From: Plasmodiophora brassicae | Taxonomy: Eukaryota | DNA length: 64,000 nucleotides | Reading direction: 5' to 3' | NCBI GenBank assembly: GCA_036867785.1 | Contig: CP145425.1 | Coordinates: forward strand, 248,001-312,000 | In this document: positions 1 through 11,936 of the stretch, one piece after another | How the letters are laid out: each line of letters opens with the position of its first letter | How positions within the stretch are numbered: position 1 is the first letter of the stretch | Position numbers and translations under genes: made by a program | The notes under the pieces: model-generated | Database searches by the model: none | Told to the model about the DNA's origin: nothing | What the model saw: only the letters and a program-made list of their open reading frames with translations

Positions 1-1405
1 GCCGCAGCCAAGTGCAGTGCCGTCTTCCCGTCGTTGTTCCGCGCGTTGACGGCGACCACGGCAACCTGCAGAAACAACTCGACGACGTCGGCGTACCCAG
101 TCGACGCCGCGCGATGCAGGCCCGTGTTGCCGTCTTGGTCGGGCGCATCGACATCGGCGCCCGCGTCGATCAGCAAACGGGCGACGTTCGCGTGCCCCAG
201 GGTTGCCGCCCAGTGCAGCGAGGTGGTCCGCTCCCCATCACGCGCGTTAACATCCGTCCCGTTGGCGCTCAGCAGTATGCGCACGATATCGTCGAACCCG
301 CTCCCGGAAGCGTAGTGCAGGGCGGTCATGCGGATCCCCGACTCGTCGACGCCGACGACCGCGTTGACGTCGACCCCGGCGGTATCAGCGCTAACCAGCA
401 CGTGGACGACCTCCACATGTTGGCCCTCCACGGCCATCGTCAGTGGCGTCCGCGTTCCGTCCCCGAGTGTCGCGTCCGCTTCGATCCCAGCAACATGCAT
501 CAGAACGCTGACGACGTCAGCGTGTCCGTCTGCCGCGGCAGCGTGCAACGGCGTCCAGCCGTTGTCGTCGCGCGCGTTCACAGCGATTCCATGCGCGTTC
601 ACGAGCAGTCGGACAACCCCGACATGACCGTACGTTGCGGCCCAGTGCAACGGCGTCTTCTCCAGGAAATCGAGCGCGTTAACGTCGATCCCAGGCAGAT
701 ACAGCAGCAGTTCAACCAGGAATTCCTCGTCCTTCCGTGCGGCCCAGTGCAAGACGCTGCCGTCGAAGGTCCACCCTGCATCGTTGACCGGAGTGGCATC
801 GATCCCGAGGACCAGAGACGTACGACACATCTGGGCGATTGCCTTCCGGTACTCGTTCTGGGCAACCTGGGTCAGGCGGGCGACCCCCATGGCAAACCGG
901 AATGCGTGTCGTGGCAGCAGGTCGTGCATCGCAGGGATATCGATCCAGGAGCGCCTCCTGGACGCGACGGCGATCGACAGCAGGCGCATGTCGAGGTAGT
1001 CTGCTGCTGACAGCAGCCGGCAAACCGACTGGAAGTCCATACTCCTGACCCTGGTTTCGATCCATTCCACAGCGAGTTCGATCTGTTGCCGGGCATGCGG
1101 TAAACGACCGGTATCGGTGCAATTTCGAGGGCTCATGACGCGCGCCTTACATCGTGGACCTCGAATCTCGTGACGAACGGAATGACCGCCTGCAACTCGG
1201 TACTGTTGACGTTGGGGAGGGGCACGAATTCAACGCTGGCGCCGAGCTCAGCAATCAGGTTCTTTACGACCGGGGAGTGAGCAACGATGTCCTGCGTGCC
1301 GACGACGTGGTCAACGCCGTCACCGCTGCGAAGCCTGACGGCGTCGCCCGCACAGCCCACGACAATCGTCACAAAAAGGGAACGCAGCACGACCAGGACG
1401 GGCAT
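1..1405 (-). CDS. Secreted SKP1/BTB-like + ankyrin-repeat protein (3' end runs off the window)
   Basis: ATG at 1405 gives a hydrophobic N-terminus MPVLVVLRSLFVTIVVGCAG. SKP1-like segments follow (VRLRSGDG, VPLPNVNSTELQAVI, LLSAADYLDM) across one intron at about 1085-1150. Then several ankyrin repeats: KTPLHWAATYGHVGVVRLLV, WTPLHAAAADGHADVV, TGLHRAASTGYADVVELFL. Confidence 0.9.
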
Positions 1406-1878
1406 CGCGATCGCTAGCTTGAGATGTCGCGCGGCCTGTGCTTCGCTGATGGACGCAGTCGCCCAGGCGCCGACCGGCAGGTAGAACGCGCGTTCGAGTC
1501 GATGACTGTTTGGCCTGGCGGCCCGCTCTCCGCGCAACACTCGAATGGCGCCCCACACTCCTCCAGTACTGCCGCGTGTGCTTGCTAGTAATGTTGACCC
1601 GGCGCCCAGGCCCGGCTCAGTGATACCTAATCCCGGGTTGCCTGTCGCAGCAGCGGTATCGATCCCGAGCAACTCGCAGCGGAATCACAGGCGCTTCGGC
1701 CCCCGGAAGCATCAGCGGTTCCGCACGAAGGGAAACACGGCCTGTGACGTCGCGTCCGATCAACGAAGACGTATACTTTCGTACACTGCATCCTTGTCGT
1801 TTAGCGGGCAGGGGCGGCCTTCAACGTCCTCCAGCAGCCGAACGAAACCACAGTGCAGTGCGGGCCACTTCATTTCGG

Positions 1879-3283
1879 TCACTTTTTCTTCTTCTTTCCC
1901 TTCTTGCCGCCCTTCTTCTTCGTCGACTTGGAGGCCGCCGCCTCCTCGGCCGCTTTCAGCGCCCACTGCTCCATCACGGCGCGTTTCTCTTCCGCGGCTT
2001 TCTGCTGACGGGCGGCGATGTTCGCCTCGATCGCACCGACGTCGTACCTAACGACACGCCGTTTAGAGAGCGGAACCTCCACGACGCTCGGCTGTCGCTG
2101 ACTTCCTCAAAGACCCCTCGGCGTCGGCCGTGAACAGGCTCTTTCCGTTGCATGCCATCTGCAGGATGCCGAACGAGTGCCCGCACAGCTTGTCCTGCGC
2201 TTCGCCGGTCAGCACGTCGAACACGCGCACCTGCGTGTCGTCGCTGGCGCTGTACAGGCGCCCGTTGATCGTCATGATCTGGTTGACGACGTCACGGTGC
2301 CCGGTGTATCGTCGGACGGGGTCCCTTCTCGTCGGGTACCTCGTGTCCAGCATCGAGATCGACGCCTGGCCGTGCGCCACGAACAGGTTCGGGTCCGCCA
2401 GCAGGAACGACCTTCGCGTTCACAGCGGTTAGCCGTTGCGGGCAGTCAACGGGGAACGACGTGACGACGCGCGTACCTGACGGGCGACTGGCCACCTTCA
2501 TCGGTGTGCAGCACCATCGCGCAATCGGCCTGTCGAAGGTCGATCAGGCGCAGGCGCCCGTCCCAGGCGCCGGTCCAGACGGAGTGCCCCGTCTCGCCGA
2601 CCACCTGCAGGTGCGCGATCGGGCACGCACACGCCGAGTACGCGTGCTGGACGACCTGCTTGCCGAGGTCCAGCACGCGCACGTACCCGTCGTACCCGCT
2701 GGTAAACACTGCACAGAACGCGTCGGCGTGGATCGGCGTCGGACGAACCGGGGCGCCACGTACCCGCTGCTGATCGGCAGACGACGCGGCTGAGCTTAAC
2801 CGGCGTACTCGTGAGCGTCATCGACGCGGTCTGGTTGCCGAACTCGTTCCAGACGGCGACGCTGCCGGTGGCGTCCCCGGTCACGAACAGGTCGTCGTCG
2901 TTCAGCAGGTCGGCAGACGACGTCGGGCAGGCGCCCAGCTGGGCGTCGTGCTCGATCACGCCGGCATCGTTCCAGGAGCGAACGGCGCCGCGCGACGTGA
3001 ACGCGTAGATCGACGGGGAGTCAGGGACGCTTCGCAGCGTGACAATCGGCGCGCGAAGCACGTCGACCTCGCGCCCGATGTAGTATGGCGCCTCGACGGC
3101 AACGCTGCCCGACGGGTCGTCGTACCCGGCCAGCGCCGCCATCGTCGACGCGTACAACGACGATGTCGGCACGGACGCGTCGACCTCGTCATCGACGTTG
3201 TCGCCCTCGGCGCCTTCGTCGTCGTCGTCGATCGCCTTGTCGAAGACGTTCAGGCTGTCGATCCTGTCGATAGCGGTCGCCAT
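1879..3283 (-). CDS. WD40-repeat protein with acidic N-terminus and Lys-rich C-terminus
   Basis: Spliced frames carry WD motifs: LFVTGDATGSVAVWN, FTSGYDGYVRVLD, WTGAWDGRLRLID, YTGHRDVVN..LYSASDDTQVRVFD. Ends KKKGGKKGKKKKK. Confidence 0.85.
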
Positions 3284-3334
3284 CGCGAGTACCCAGTGAT
3301 CACCGCCTATTAGGGGCGCCGCCAGTCCAGCGTT

Positions 3335-5124
3335 TTATCGAGTTTGTCGTATGGGTGGGGCGCTCCTCACGTTCCGCACGTATCGCGTGGCCGGACGCGC
3401 GTCATCGTCATCGCTGCCGACGTCGCTGCGGACGACACTCTCCAGCGGTTCGTCTGCTGTCGTCGGCAGGTCGATCTGGACGTCGTCGACGAACCCGATG
3501 GCGTCCAGGTCAACGGGTTCGGGTTCGTCCTGGTTCGTATCGTATAGTTCGTCGAGCATCGCGTACGTGCACTGCTCCAGGCATCGCAGCTGGCTGATGA
3601 CATCGCAGTCGTCCGGTACTCGGAATCGGTTCGCGGGCAGCCCCGCCAGGACGCCTTCCACCGGGTCCCGTAGCTGGTCCAGCTCGTACTGCAGGTCGTT
3701 GTACTCGGCATCGAGGTGCTGAACCCGCGTATGCATCGCCTCGTAGGCAGACACGAGGTCGCTGACCGGCCGGACGGTCCTAATGGCCCTGGGGGCCTCC
3801 ACGCTGCGTTCGTGTTCGGTGCCGCCGCCGCCCTCGACGTCGTCCAGCTTAACGGTGTCCTCCAGCGCGTCCCTCTGCTGGCGCAGTTCGTTCATCAGCT
3901 CGAAGCTGGCGTAGTTGGTGTCCTCGGCCTCCAGCATCCGTTCGATGACCGTGTCGATGTTGTCGGTGCCGACCTGCGATGCGAATATCAGGGCGCAGCT
4001 CATATATGACTGCGTCGTCCCCGCCGACCGCAGAGCAGATCGTTCGCAGGCGCGCGTCCATTGCACGAAGCCGGTGCTCGGTGTCGCGAATGTTGCAGCG
4101 CAGGGCGGCGCGCGTCCATCGCGCCCTGGCGAACTTCCGCCGAAGGTGGGCCTCGCTGCGCAGGATCAGGACGTTGCCGATCGCGCCGGCGCGATGCGCG
4201 TCCTTCGGGATCCGGCTGGCCCGACTGTCGACGATCAGGCGCCTCGCCTGCCGCTCCTCGAACGCCTGCTGGTACTTCTTCAGGGCAGCGACCTGGAACC
4301 GCTCCTGGTCCATGACGTGGCACAGGTCCAGCCACTCCTGCTCGAACTCCTCGAAGTGCTCCATCATGACCTGCCGCGCAACGTGAAGCTCCGCCTGCGA
4401 TCGCGATCGCCCATCGAACATCGCCATGGACCGCTTGATCGTGTCGGTGATGGTGGCCCGCTGCGCCTTCTGCTCCTGTGACAATTGTTCCACGACGCTC
4501 TGCAGGAAGGCGACCTCCTTCGCCGCTGATGCCGAATGCAATTTCATCTCACGAACCTTCGTATCCGTCTGACAAGGTCATCGTCAGCAACGCGTTGCTG
4601 TGCAGCGTTCGACCGGACCACCTGGTTGATGCAGGTCAAGGCGTGCATCTGGCGCTTGGCGAGGACGCCTTCAATAACGGCGAATCGTTTCAGCTCGTCG
4701 ACCAGCGATAGCTGTTTCGTGTTCTGGATCAGTTTCTGCATCTCCTCGATGCGCAGGTCGGCCTCGCAGATCGCCAGTTTGATCTGCTCGAGGGCGACGT
4801 TCACCGCATCCGCCTGCTCGATGATCGTCTTCAGCTGTTGAAGGTGGTCAGCTGATGAAATGGGAGACGTCAAAGGAGCGCGCGCACCCGTTTGTTGGAT
4901 GGCGATGGTTTAAAGTCTCGCGCGACGCGAACGTTGAATTCCATATCGTGGCGTAAGCGCTCGTTGTCCTCGGCGAGTAGGCGGATCTGCTGGCACTGGT
5001 TGCGCTGGTCGAACGACGAGAATCGGTCTCGTGCCAGCGACGATAACGACCGGAACATGTGCCGCACGTCGGATAACGAGGCATCGTCGGCGGCAGCGCC
5101 CATGACGACCTGCTTATTCGTCAT
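3335..5124 (-). CDS. Coiled-coil protein resembling the outer dynein arm docking complex subunit (ODA1/CCDC63/CCDC114 family)
   Basis: Multi-exon coiled-coil. The segment VGTDNIDTVIERMLEAEDTNYASFELMNEL resembles the conserved E..N.S.F...NEL block of that family (recalled motif). Confidence 0.65.
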
Positions 5125-6090
5125 ACCCGATTAGGCGAGTGCAATCGATCCCTATACAACCTGCAGCATATTGCCCATCTATAGATCGAATGAACATACT
5201 AGTACCCTCCAACGAAGGCGCCAGGAACAAGGTGCGCGAGGCCAGTATGAATCGAATGTGGTCCACCCAGAAACATTCAGAGAGTCGATAAAGGCCGAGG
5301 ACAACCAGTGTCTGGAATGTAGATATCCCAGTCGTATCGGTCGGTGGCGCCTTGATCCTGCTAGCACTGCGCCGTCGGTGGCAACACAATGAAACAGTAC
5401 AACCCACATACGAGACCGCCGTGTGCGTCCAAACGCCGACAGTCAGGGACCTCCTGTCTCCGAACAATCGGGTTCGTCTGAGATGCGCACCACAGCGTGA
5501 AGAGCTGGGTACACCGAATCCGACAAGGCACGGGGAACATTATCTCAATCAAGAATCAATGATCGGCCTGGGACCGATCATCCGACGCATAACACAAATC
5601 TGTCTCATTGCCGACCAGGCCAGGGTGCTGATTATATGCAAGCCTGCAGGTCTTGTAACCGTCATGGGGATGCTCTCGGTGGTGACAATGAACGGGCAGT
5701 TGTTTGACGGTCAATGTCGCAATCCAGATCAAGCGTGGCCGACACCAGTGCGACTGTGGCCATCAGCGAACCTTGCTTGCGCGAAGAAGAGCCACCATCA
5801 CCCCTGGTCGCGATACAAGTCAGCGAATAGCTTGTCCTGGGAACCGCCGGTTCGGACGAGCGATATTCCGGCAGGAGCGACCACCAAACCAGGGCACACG
5901 TTCACCCTGCACACGCGTACCTATGGCCAGAGACTGCTGTAGCGTCTGGGGAGTACAGACCAGGCGGCGCGCCAGTATCGTCACACTGATTGGCACAACG
6001 CCTGCAACGTTCGTCGGTGCGGATGAACGGCGGGCCGATTGACAACGGGTGCTTCGTACTTCTTCAGAAATAGCCCGTCCAGGTCCAGCG

Positions 6091-8028
6091 ATGGCGTCCG
6101 TCGCCGCCGCCGCCGCCGCCGCCGGGTCCATCGTCGATCGTCTGGTGGCGCGCCTGCGACCCGACCTGTCGTGCTCGTCCTGGTCGGACCGATGCGACTG
6201 CGAACGTTGCTGTGGCACGCCCCTGTTGATACGATCGCGTGTAGCCATTCGTTGCCGGCCGAGTCGTACTCGCTGGTCACCTGCGACCATGCCGTCTGCA
6301 GGTCCACGATCGCGATGCCAATGTGTGTGTGGCCCCACGACAATGCGTCCCTGAACGCGTGCGTTTGTGTGTGATCAGGGCGTGCAGAGACGACCTCCTG
6401 GACCGCTTGCCGCTGACGTGTCCTGTCTGTGGCGTCCACGTCTGGCGGGATCGCATCCGGCCGTGTGTGCCCGTCTCGAACGTCGCCCGTCATCTCGCCG
6501 TGCTACTCGAAGAGCACCGAACACGGCAGGGCGGCGACGACGAAGCGGAGCGGACGTCCCGGCGACATGAGCAGCGGCAACATCGCCCATCGTTAGACGA
6601 GGCGGACAGGCCACCGGCGGACGACGACGACGATATCGTCGTACAGTGGTCGGATGCGTCGCCGGGACCGTCGCAGAACGACGCAGGGACCAGCGAGGTA
6701 CTGTTTGGGCAGATCCCGTTGACGTCCGACCGATGATCTCACACATGAGGCGCTCAGGGACAGTCCGTTGTCGAAGTCGTCCCCGAGACGCAAGAATTCG
6801 CCAGCGGCCATGCGTGCCCCGACTCTGCCTGGCCGTCGCCGTCGCCAGGGACGAGTAATCGGAAGGCCAGTGCCCGTTGTATGCCCTTCCTGGGTGCTCC
6901 TCTCATCACGATTGCTGACAGGCCGTCGTATCCGTCGACTCCCTGGAACGCCATCAGGAGCGCCTCAGTGCATCGTTCGATGTCATGGGCATTAGTGGGG
7001 GACTGTCGGCGACGTCTGGGAACCCAGTCGTGCTCGCCGCCGGGTCTGTCCCAGAACCAGCACCCGTCCGTGGTGCGGCGGCCGTCCCCTCCGACGACGA
7101 ACCACGACGTACGTCAGCCATGTCCCTGTACAGTAACGTTCGTCGATGGTTGCTGATCATCTGTGAAGCGCCCGCGCCGAACGTGCACCGACCGCGTCCA
7201 GTGCGGTACCAGTTCTCGGGCATCCAGAAGGTTGTCTGAGACGCCCGGATACGGTTACGACGTGGCTGACGGCTTTGGATAATTGCAGGCGGGTCCACTC
7301 GCCGTACACTGCAAGAGCCTCGGTGGGATCAGCGCCCGATCGGACAGCGACATGACGCACCTGATTTGTTTCGTCGACGAACGGCGCCTGGCGAAACGCA
7401 CGCTCAAGTACATGCATGCGGTCGCACGTGGCATCTGGGTCGTGTCGTCCGACTGTCAGTGCACCTTGGCCGTTGACCGCTCGTCGGCTCATTGTGGGTG
7501 CGCCTGTCTGCGTAGGGGTTGCTGAGTCGGCCGCGGCGGGGCGCTGGCTCGACGAAGAACCGTTCGAGGTGCAAGGCGATTCGTCAACACCGGATGCGAC
7601 CGGTGCCCCGAGGCAGTCCAGGGTACCCCTGTAGTCCCTTGCAGAAGTGGTCGTTCCAGCTGACGTCGTCGTCGTCGTCGCGTTGTAGTTTTGCCTGGCG
7701 AGGGTGTTCGCTGGGATGCGGTTCGTCCTGGACAAGGACGATCCCAAGGTGCCTGACCTGGCCGAACTGATCGCGTTTGCTGGTGGCGCTGTCGTGCCAC
7801 GCGGCGAGGCCGCCTTCTGCATGATCTGTGCCCATGATCTCGCGCTATCCAGGTACGTCGCGCGCGTCGTCGTCGCCCCCGCTCGCAGCTGACCGCGAAC
7901 CGGACAGGGCGCAGAAGATCGTCCTGGATTACAACACGATCCCCGTATCGCTCGCCTGGGTCTTCGACTCCGTCAGCCGATACACCGTCTGTGACACGCG
8001 CCCGTATCGGCTTGATCTCGACCAGTAA
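6091..8028 (+). CDS. BRCA1: BRCA1/BARD1-family protein: N-terminal RING + C-terminal tandem BRCT
   Basis: RING split over exons (DLSCS..C, TCDHAVC..C, TCPVC). BRCT1 THLICFVDERRLAKRTLKYMHAVARGIWVVSSDWV..WLDEEPFEVQGD parallels BRCA1 RTLKY..G.W.VS..WV..FEV.GD. BRCT2 FAGMRFVL..LAELIAFAGGAV..WVFDSVS. Confidence 0.8.
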
Positions 8029-8041
8029 TATACAATCCAAA

Positions 8042-8900
8042 TCATCGTGCAGCAGTGGAGCCGCGTTGCAACCCGATCACCTTGTGCAATTTAGGGACTT
8101 CTACACCTGACATCATCGCAGTCAGCGTCCGGTGTTGACCGCGTCGATAGCGATGGACACGGCTGCCTGCGTCCTCTTGGGGGCGCGGCGGGATCGGCCT
8201 CTCGGCTCTGCGAGCGTCGGCGCCAACGCCTGGATCAGCGATATCGACATCGGGGGCGATGATGGCGTCGTCAGCGTCGCCGTTCTCGATGCTGCTCTCG
8301 GGTGGGTTCGCGACGGCATCCTCGCAACTGACCAGCACGGGATAGCCAGGGGCGTGGTCGTCGGCGCCGATTGCGTTCTGCAGTGCTGGTTTAACGGCGT
8401 CGTCCTCGGCGTTCGAGAGACTTGGGTTCGCGGCGCTCAGGAACCCTGCCAGTGCAGGGTCTCGTCGAGGCACGCATGTGCATCGTAGCCGAGTCGTACC
8501 GCGGAGCGTCCAGAGAAACACCTAATTAACTGGGCATCAGCAGTTGAAGAATGGTCATTGCCGGTCTCGATACCGACCATCACGAACCATCGAGGGAAAT
8601 GTCCTACCCGACGGATGGAACAGGGGGGAGTTGACCACGCCGTTCCAGTCGGGGGCGACGCCACCAAACATGATCAGGGGGATTTATCCAGAGACGGCGA
8701 TTTGATCAGGGGGATTCATCCAAAGACGGCGACTCGTTCGACGGTACGACGTCGATGGACAACCCAACGTTGGGGTTGGGCTCTTCCGGCCTGCAGATGG
8801 GCATAGGCTTGCGCGCGTTCTTCACAATCCAACGGCGCCGAAAGCTGATATCGTTACCACGAAACGTCAGGCAGGGGGTGCATCTCAAACATAGGGACAC
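8042..8900 (-). CDS. Possible hypothetical protein (last exon 8042-8521; upstream exons unclear)
   Basis: An acidic, Pro/Ala-rich ORF of natural-looking composition converges on the BRCA1-like gene. No motif recognised. Confidence 0.3.
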
Positions 8901-9628
8901 GGTGATGCAGACCTTGACGGAAGCGGGTGCGACGCGTTGCGCTGGTAGTTATCGTCCGTCTTCGAGGGGCCTGGCGGTAGACAACCGAGCGTACCCTGGA
9001 GAGCGACCTCGGCCGTCAGACATTGAGGGAAAACGCTTTTCCGAGCAGGCATCACCTGGGCATCTCCCATCAGATGCTCCGGTTCCCGACGCAAATGACC
9101 AGGACAACAGAGCGAAAACGTCAACGCTCGCCGGTAGATGGCATTCTGTAGGTGGCCCTGGGTAACCACGAAAGAGTCGTCAGCTGTGCACCCCGCGTTG
9201 TCGATATCTGCAGGGACTCTGTGGGCCAGACACAGAGCGTCTGGAAATTCGCTCGTATTCTTGTCGCTGGGAAAATCGTATGCTTTGCAGGCGTTGATCC
9301 CCGTTGCGTAGCGTCCTTGGCATCACGTGCTGCCTTGGTCGGCGCACCCCTCCCTTCCCCCCTCGTCTGTGCCGTGTCACCCTGCCGCTTGCCGGTTTGT
9401 ACGTTTCAAAGTGAGCGCGATCCACTCTACGCACTACAGAAAATGAGCGGCTGGTTCCAGGCGCCAGTTGTCTCTGACTGTGTCTGACTCTGACTGGGAT
9501 CTGACTGGACACTAATAATAGCCACGGACACCGCCCGGACTACCGTACGGTAGTTTGGCTGCACCGACGGCATCCTTGCGACGGATTGGCAGGACTGAAA
9601 TTGCCGAGGTTGCCGAACGTCTGTGCCT

Positions 9629-10315
9629 ATGGCGCGATTCGCATGGTCGTTGATGATGGCGCTTGCTGCTTTTTGTATTGTGCAGAGGGCGGTCTCCGTG
9701 CACTGCTCGCTCTGCGGGGAGGCGATGGAAAGGACGCTGCGCTGCGGTGGGTGCAAGGCGACCCCGTACTGCTCCGTTAAATGTCAGAGGAAAGACTGGC
9801 CGCGCCACAAGCCGATGTGCAAGACTGATGGTGGACCAAAGCGGGTGTGCGTCGTCAGCAAGCAAGCCGCTACGCAGCGCCCGAACACGCTGGGGTCAGC
9901 TCGATTTGATAACGCGACGAAGGGAATCGTCTCGCTATTGGCCTCTCTGATCGATAATGATAACGTCCTTCCACATGTCGAGTCAAACCCCAGTTTCAAG
10001 GATTCGTTTCAAGCGAAGGTGCAAGCACTGTCGCACGATTTCGAGAGTGTGCTACAGAACTGCTTGGGGACGGAACAGCCGCTCCACCTCATCAAGTACG
10101 TCCGTGAGAACAAGCCTGCGCTGACCGAACGGTGGCTTAAAGTGGTCTTGATCCCTTCGTTTGAGGAAGCGCTACCCAGCCAGGTCGTATCATCTTTTCC
10201 CAATTGGTTCGACCGTGTGACGGAGGAATTGCGTATAATCGCTGAGGAGGTGATCGACGGTGCGTTGCAGTCCCTTGAGGATAGGAAGCATTCTGGCACG
10301 AGCTTCAACAGCTGA
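9629..10315 (+). CDS. Signal-peptide-bearing MYND zinc-finger protein (effector candidate)
   Basis: Intronless ORF. Hydrophobic leader MARFAWSLMMALAAFCIVQRAVS, then a canonical MYND finger CSLC..RCGGCKATPYCSVKCQRKDWPRHKPMC. Confidence 0.9.
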   Translation: MARFAWSLMMALAAFCIVQRAVSVHCSLCGEAMERTLRCGGCKATPYCSVKCQRKDWPRHKPMCKTDGGPKRVCVVSKQAATQRPNTLGSARFDNATKGIVSLLASLIDNDNVLPHVESNPSFKDSFQAKVQALSHDFESVLQNCLGTEQPLHLIKYVRENKPALTERWLKVVLIPSFEEALPSQVVSSFPNWFDRVTEELRIIAEEVIDGALQSLEDRKHSGTSFNS

Positions 10316-11374
10316 GTATGAAGCTATGGTCCCATATCACTACACTGAATTGCCGCGTTTTGTATGTCCCATGAAGCCCCATTGTCGTTAGAGGACATTT
10401 CATGTTTTGTCAGTAGCAAAACCCAATCGACAGGGTGTGAGGGCACGTGCTCGACCCGAACTTATCGGAGTTCCATCATGTTCACAACATCGTCATCGTC
10501 TGCTGTGCCACACTCCTCGTGCAAAAGGTGCTTCACCACGATGTTCGATGGGGATATCGTCGTTTGGCATCGGTATGGGCGTCATCGTCCTGCAGCAGCT
10601 GGTCTGCAACATAAATGTCAGCACTTCCTAATTGCATATTGTGGTCGCTTAAACAAAGGACATCGCGAGCTATTGGACCTGTGTCCAATCGTGTCCGTCC
10701 TATGTGGGTTCGTAGGCGCCTTACGAACGCGTCGCGAAACGTTCTCTTGCGAACGTTTATGGTGCACCACAAAAGGTGGTAAGGTGGTAAGATACTGAAA
10801 GTTTCAAACGGTTTATCGATTTTCAGGAATGAAGATTCACCCGTTTATCGATTTTCAGGAATGACTTCTCGGACCGCGTCATTCTCACGGTTCGTAGTGA
10901 CGACGCCCATGGGATATCAACCGCAAGATCACCGAGATTCTCCCTGTTGAGAAGACCTCCATCTACAGCGCCGGCAAGGTCGCTAAAGTCACGACTAGCC
11001 GCAGGCGCATGTACACCCAATAGCAGAGTTGCTTACCGTTCCCTGCTCAGTGCGGGTTGCTGCCTCCCAAATCGTGCGAAGGCCCCCGGACCGGGGCATT
11101 CGTTTCGGCGATGGGAACACCCTCCTCACCGGGCGTATGCCATTGCATCCTTCGACTCAGCGACGACCGCGGTGGGATCGGTTTCCCTGGACGGGATATT
11201 GGCGATAGATACGTAGAGGGCGGGGAATGGGACTGGGAGTCTGCCGTCTAGGACCCACTCGGCACTCGCGCAACTCCGCTACAACACGACGACGAAGGCG
11301 ACGGCGTGTGTCCGTTGCCCTGCGACGCTCGACACTGACGTACCTAGCGCCACCATCCTAATTGTTCCCGCTGG

Positions 11375-11714
11375 ATGGACCGCACCGCCGCACCTGCCGA
11401 TGCCCGCCTGCGCATGCTGCGGTTCTGGCAGGCGGCGTGCGACACCCGATGCGACGTGACGTTGCGCCTGATGGAGCAGTACGTGCGCGGCGTTGTCGTC
11501 CGTCGATCCGCGACCAACGCACACCGCGCGCGCTGACGATGTTGCAATCAGGACGACCGTGCGCGGGCGCCTGCTGGAGGTCGACGGGCAGCAATCGCGT
11601 TTCCTGGTCGAGAACCTCGACACCTGCCTGGGGACGTACCCGACCGCCATCGTCAGACGCGACGACGTCATCGCCGTGCGCATCCGCCCACCGCCCGGCG
11701 CCCTGCAACGATAA
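11375..11714 (+). CDS. GEMIN7: Gemin7 (SMN complex, Sm-like fold)
   Basis: One intron (11479-11551). Spliced protein MDRTAAPADARLRMLRFW..MEQTTVRGRLLEVDGQQSRFLVENLDTCLGTYPTAIVRRDDVIAVRI matches the Gemin7 pattern F.V..L.T..G....A..R..D.I. Confidence 0.75.
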
Positions 11715-11936
11715 TACACACCGTCCTTCGTCAGTTGGCTGTCCGTGAGCAGCAGGCGAGATCGTGACGAAGCCGGCGGCTGCGCGCGCGGGGAGGGGCG
11801 TGCGCGCGCGCGCTCTGCGGCACAGTGTGACGTGCGCCGCCGCCCGACCGGCCGTCTATCCTCGGGGTGGTGCGACGAACGTCGCGTCCGCATCGTCGAA
11901 CGCACGATGGAGGCGCGCCGGAATGCCGACCGGAAC

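Noticed and set aside
12-1010. 332-aa plus-strand ORF
   Set aside because: It is the antisense shadow of the ankyrin-repeat gene on the minus strand.
5130-6050. Possible small gene between the ODA-like and BRCA1-like genes
   Set aside because: No coherent exon chain or motif found by eye.
10811-10864. 22-bp direct repeat GTTTATCGATTTTCAGGAATGA, two copies
   Set aside because: Only two copies; most simply a local slippage duplication.
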